Shown here: piece after piece, positions 61,335-64,000 of the stretch
How positions within the stretch are numbered: position 1 is the first letter of the stretch
Layout of the letters: each line of letters opens with the position of its first letter
Assembly (NCBI GenBank): GCA_963718615.1
Contig: OY970368.1
Location: 672,001 to 736,000, forward strand
Direction of reading: 5' to 3'
Source of the DNA: an uncultured cyanobacterium
GTDB lineage: Bacteria; Cyanobacteriota; Cyanobacteriia; PCC-9006; JAAUQQ01
Length of the DNA stretch: 64,000 nt
Notes under the pieces: model-generated
Seen by the model: only the letters and a program-made list of their open reading frames with translations
Told to the model about the DNA's origin: nothing
Database searches by the model: none
Position numbers and translations under genes: made by a program

Positions 61335-63597
61335 GGTGCTGGATCTAACGAACTGCGATCGCGAACCCATCCACATTCCCAACGCTATCCAACCCCACGG
61401 GGTTTTGCTAGTAGTGGAACCGGAGGACTTTTGCATTCTCCAGGTGAGCGACAACACCGAGGCATGGCTGGGTCAACCGGCTGAAACACTGCTACGGTCA
61501 GCCCTCGCCAATTGGATTGATTCCGCTGCCATCGAGCAGATTCAGCGCTGCTTATCCGCTGATTTTGAGGTGGTTAATCCGCTGCGGTTGGTGGTGAGCG
61601 ATCGCCCCTTTGATGCCATTGTCCATGGGGTGGACGGCTTGATTGTGCTCGAACTCGAACCCACAGCCGCCGAGCCTGCAATTAACTTTTTTGATTTTTA
61701 TCGGTTTGTCAAATCCCCACTCGACCGGTTTCAACAAGCCGATAATCTTGACTACCTTTGTCAGGCGATCGTGCAGACCGTAAAAGAAATAACGGGCTTT
61801 GACCGAGTCATGGTCTATCGCTTTCACAAAGATGGTGTGGGCTCTGTCATCGCTGAAGCTTGTCAGGCTGAGCTAGAACCGTTTTTAGGACTGCACTATC
61901 CCGCCACTGACATTCCTAATCAGGCCCGAGCGCTCTATCAACGCAACCCGCTGCGGCTGATTCCCGATGCAACCTATCGCCCCGTAACCTTGGTCCCCGA
62001 GATCAATCCGGTGACCCAGCAACCTCTGAACATGAGTCAGTGTGTCCTGCGCAGCGTGTCGCCATTACATCTAGAATATCTGCACAATATGCAGGTAACT
62101 GCCTCCATGTCGATTTCGCTGGTGCAAGGGCAACACCTTTGGGGGCTGATTGCCTGTCATCACGCGTCGCCCAAACGCATTCCCTACTCCACAAGGACGC
62201 TGTGTGAATTTATTGGACAGGTGGCGGCGATCGAAATCAAAAACAAGGAAGAAAGCCAAAGTCTGGACTATCGCCTTAAACTGGCGATGACGGAATCTCG
62301 GTTGATTGAATCCATCGCCCAAGCCAAAGATCTTTTCCAAATTTTGGAACAGTATCCCCAAGAATTACTGTCTTTGGTCAACGCAACCGGAGCAGTGATC
62401 TACTATCAAAATCAACAAATTTGCCTGGGAACAACGCCCCAGTCCGAGCAAGTCAGTGCCTTGATTCAATGGCTGGAACACCCCCTCAGCCAAGAGACCT
62501 GCTATTGCACCACCTCGCTGAGCAAAGACTATCCTGACGCAACAGACTTTGCCGATGTTGGCAGTGGCCTCTTGGCACTGACGCTCTCTCGGTTACAAAA
62601 TATCTACATTTTGTGGTTTCGACCTGAGGTCGTTCAAACCATTCATTGGGGCGGACAACCGGACAAACGCCAGACCCGAGCAGAAGACGGAACGATTCAG
62701 ATTTCGCCTCGCACCTCCTTTGCCCTTTGGCAGGAAATCATGGGTGGGCAATCGGAGCCATGGCTGGACTGTGAGCTGGAAATCGCCCAGGAGTTTCGCA
62801 GCAGCCTGCTCAGTTTGCTCATGAGAAATGCGGATGAATTAGTCCAGGTCAACCGCGAACTGAGCCGCAGCAACGATGAGCTCGATGCCTTCGCCTATAT
62901 TGCCTCCCATGATTTGAAAGAGCCGCTGCGTGGCATTCACAACTATGCCAGTTTCCTGATTGAGGACTATGGCGATCGCCTCGATGAAGACGGGGTCCAC
63001 AAGCTCAACACCCTTATGCGGCTGACCCAACGCATGGAGGACTTAATCAATTCACTGCTGCATTTTTCCCGTCTCGGTCGAGTGGAGCTCAATCTTATTC
63101 AAACCGATTTAAATCTTCTGGTTAGGGATGTTTTAGAAACTCTCAAGGTTAGTCGAAAAACTGATGAAGCTGAAATTTTGGTTCCGCAATTGCTTCCTGT
63201 GATTCGGTGCGATCGCATCCAAATCAACGAACTCTTTTCCAATTTACTCAGCAACGCCATTAAATACAACGAAAGTCCTCAAAAACGGATTGAGGTTGGC
63301 TGGCTATCTGACGAATTAGCCCAGGAGAAGCTTGCCCAGCAGGGCATTACCACCCCATCGGGACAGGTGCCGCAGGTTTTTTATGTGATGGATAATGGCA
63401 TTGGAATTCGCGATCGCCATCTCGACACCATCTTTCGCATCTTTAAGCGCCTGCATGGTCCCCAACGCTACGGCGGCGGCACAGGCGCGGGCTTAACCAT
63501 TGTCAAAAAAATTGTTGAACGTCACAGTGGAATAATTTGGGTAGAATCAATCTATGGAGAAGGAACCACCTTCTACTTTACGCTTCAAGCAGGCTAG
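61321..63597 (+). CDS. Bacteriophytochrome-type histidine kinase (CphB/AphB-like)
   Basis: [25 protein letters not shown], HATPase; GAF Cys position is Leu (SPLH). Confidence 0.92.
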   Translation: MKRNRVLDLTNCDREPIHIPNAIQPHGVLLVVEPEDFCILQVSDNTEAWLGQPAETLLRSALANWIDSAAIEQIQRCLSADFEVVNPLRLVVSDRPFDAIVHGVDGLIVLELEPTAAEPAINFFDFYRFVKSPLDRFQQADNLDYLCQAIVQTVKEITGFDRVMVYRFHKDGVGSVIAEACQAELEPFLGLHYPATDIPNQARALYQRNPLRLIPDATYRPVTLVPEINPVTQQPLNMSQCVLRSVSPLHLEYLHNMQVTASMSISLVQGQHLWGLIACHHASPKRIPYSTRTLCEFIGQVAAIEIKNKEESQSLDYRLKLAMTESRLIESIAQAKDLFQILEQYPQELLSLVNATGAVIYYQNQQICLGTTPQSEQVSALIQWLEHPLSQETCYCTTSLSKDYPDATDFADVGSGLLALTLSRLQNIYILWFRPEVVQTIHWGGQPDKRQTRAEDGTIQISPRTSFALWQEIMGGQSEPWLDCELEIAQEFRSSLLSLLMRNADELVQVNRELSRSNDELDAFAYIASHDLKEPLRGIHNYASFLIEDYGDRLDEDGVHKLNTLMRLTQRMEDLINSLLHFSRLGRVELNLIQTDLNLLVRDVLETLKVSRKTDEAEILVPQLLPVIRCDRIQINELFSNLLSNAIKYNESPQKRIEVGWLSDELAQEKLAQQGITTPSGQVPQVFYVMDNGIGIRDRHLDTIFRIFKRLHGPQRYGGGTGAGLTIVKKIVERHSGIIWVESIYGEGTTFYFTLQAG

Positions 63598-63638
63598 TCC
63601 TCTTCTTGCGGTATTCCTTGTCTCGGGTTGTAGTTCCT

Positions 63639-64000
63639 ATGGGCCAAGCTCCTTCACCGATCGATCCCTCAGGATTGGTCCCACAAGTTATTGCCGACCC
63701 TAGTCGGTCCTTGCTTGTGGTCGAAGATAGTGATGAAGATTTTGAAGCCCTCACTCGCTTGATGCGAAACGCGCAGCTCAGCAATTCAATCCATCGCTGT
63801 ATCGATGGCGAAGAAGCCTTGGACTTTTTGCATCGGCGAGGACCCTACGCCCAATCGACATCCCTTCAGAGTCCTTCGATCATTTTGCTCGACCTCAATT
63901 TGCCTGGGACAGATGGACGGGAAGTCTTACGAGAGATTAAGGAAGATAAAATTCTGCGAAAAATTCCTGTTGTGATTTTAACCACATCTTCTAGCCCCAA
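63639..64000 (+). CDS. Phytochrome-cognate response regulator (Rcp-like), partial
   Basis: Manual translation LLVVEDSDED..DGEEALDFL..LLDLNLPGTDG..IPVVILTTS; runs off the window. Confidence 0.9.
   Translation, partial: MGQAPSPIDPSGLVPQVIADPSRSLLVVEDSDEDFEALTRLMRNAQLSNSIHRCIDGEEALDFLHRRGPYAQSTSLQSPSIILLDLNLPGTDGREVLREIKEDKILRKIPVVILTTSSSP

Noticed and set aside
1-64000. CRISPR array, tRNA or rRNA genes
   Set aside because: None recognised by eye; the recurring GCGATCGC is HIP1, the normal cyanobacterial repeat

Overview
Cyanobacterial chromosome segment, judged from frequent HIP1 (GCGATCGC) sites and carboxysome and phycocyanin genes. Core genes: ccmK3/ccmK4, lysS, a TamB-like protein, cpcB-cpcA-cpcC-cpcC-cpcD, narM-narB-nirB/nirA with canonical NtcA promoters, pntAB, an orphan Dam methylase, rbfA, and a biliverdin-type phytochrome with its response regulator. 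Accessory region 1 (~1.4-12.2 kb) holds a hidden CHAT-protease remnant, a 3 glycosyltransferase/ABC/2 phosphotransferase operon and a phage-like HExxH fragment. Accessory region 2 (~16.5-31.9 kb, after lysS) holds a sigma-70-like regulator, a decaying type I R-M system (hsdM frameshifted, hsdR split by an IS3), an IS605, a VapBC-like pair and a partly duplicated GNAT module. The most striking feature is an apparently intact IS605 (tnpA+tnpB) inside pcyA, directly upstream of the phycocyanin operon. Its predicted TnpB guide matches the repaired pcyA allele, and an ATG overlapping the tnpB stop is in frame with the PcyA C-terminal half. Also found: an NsiR1-like sRNA with a DIF1-like promoter, paired TGTGA motifs at ~20-bp spacing on both island flanks, and a recurring G/T-then-C/A strand skew around foreign cassettes. 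All calls come from reading the sequence; no database searches were run.
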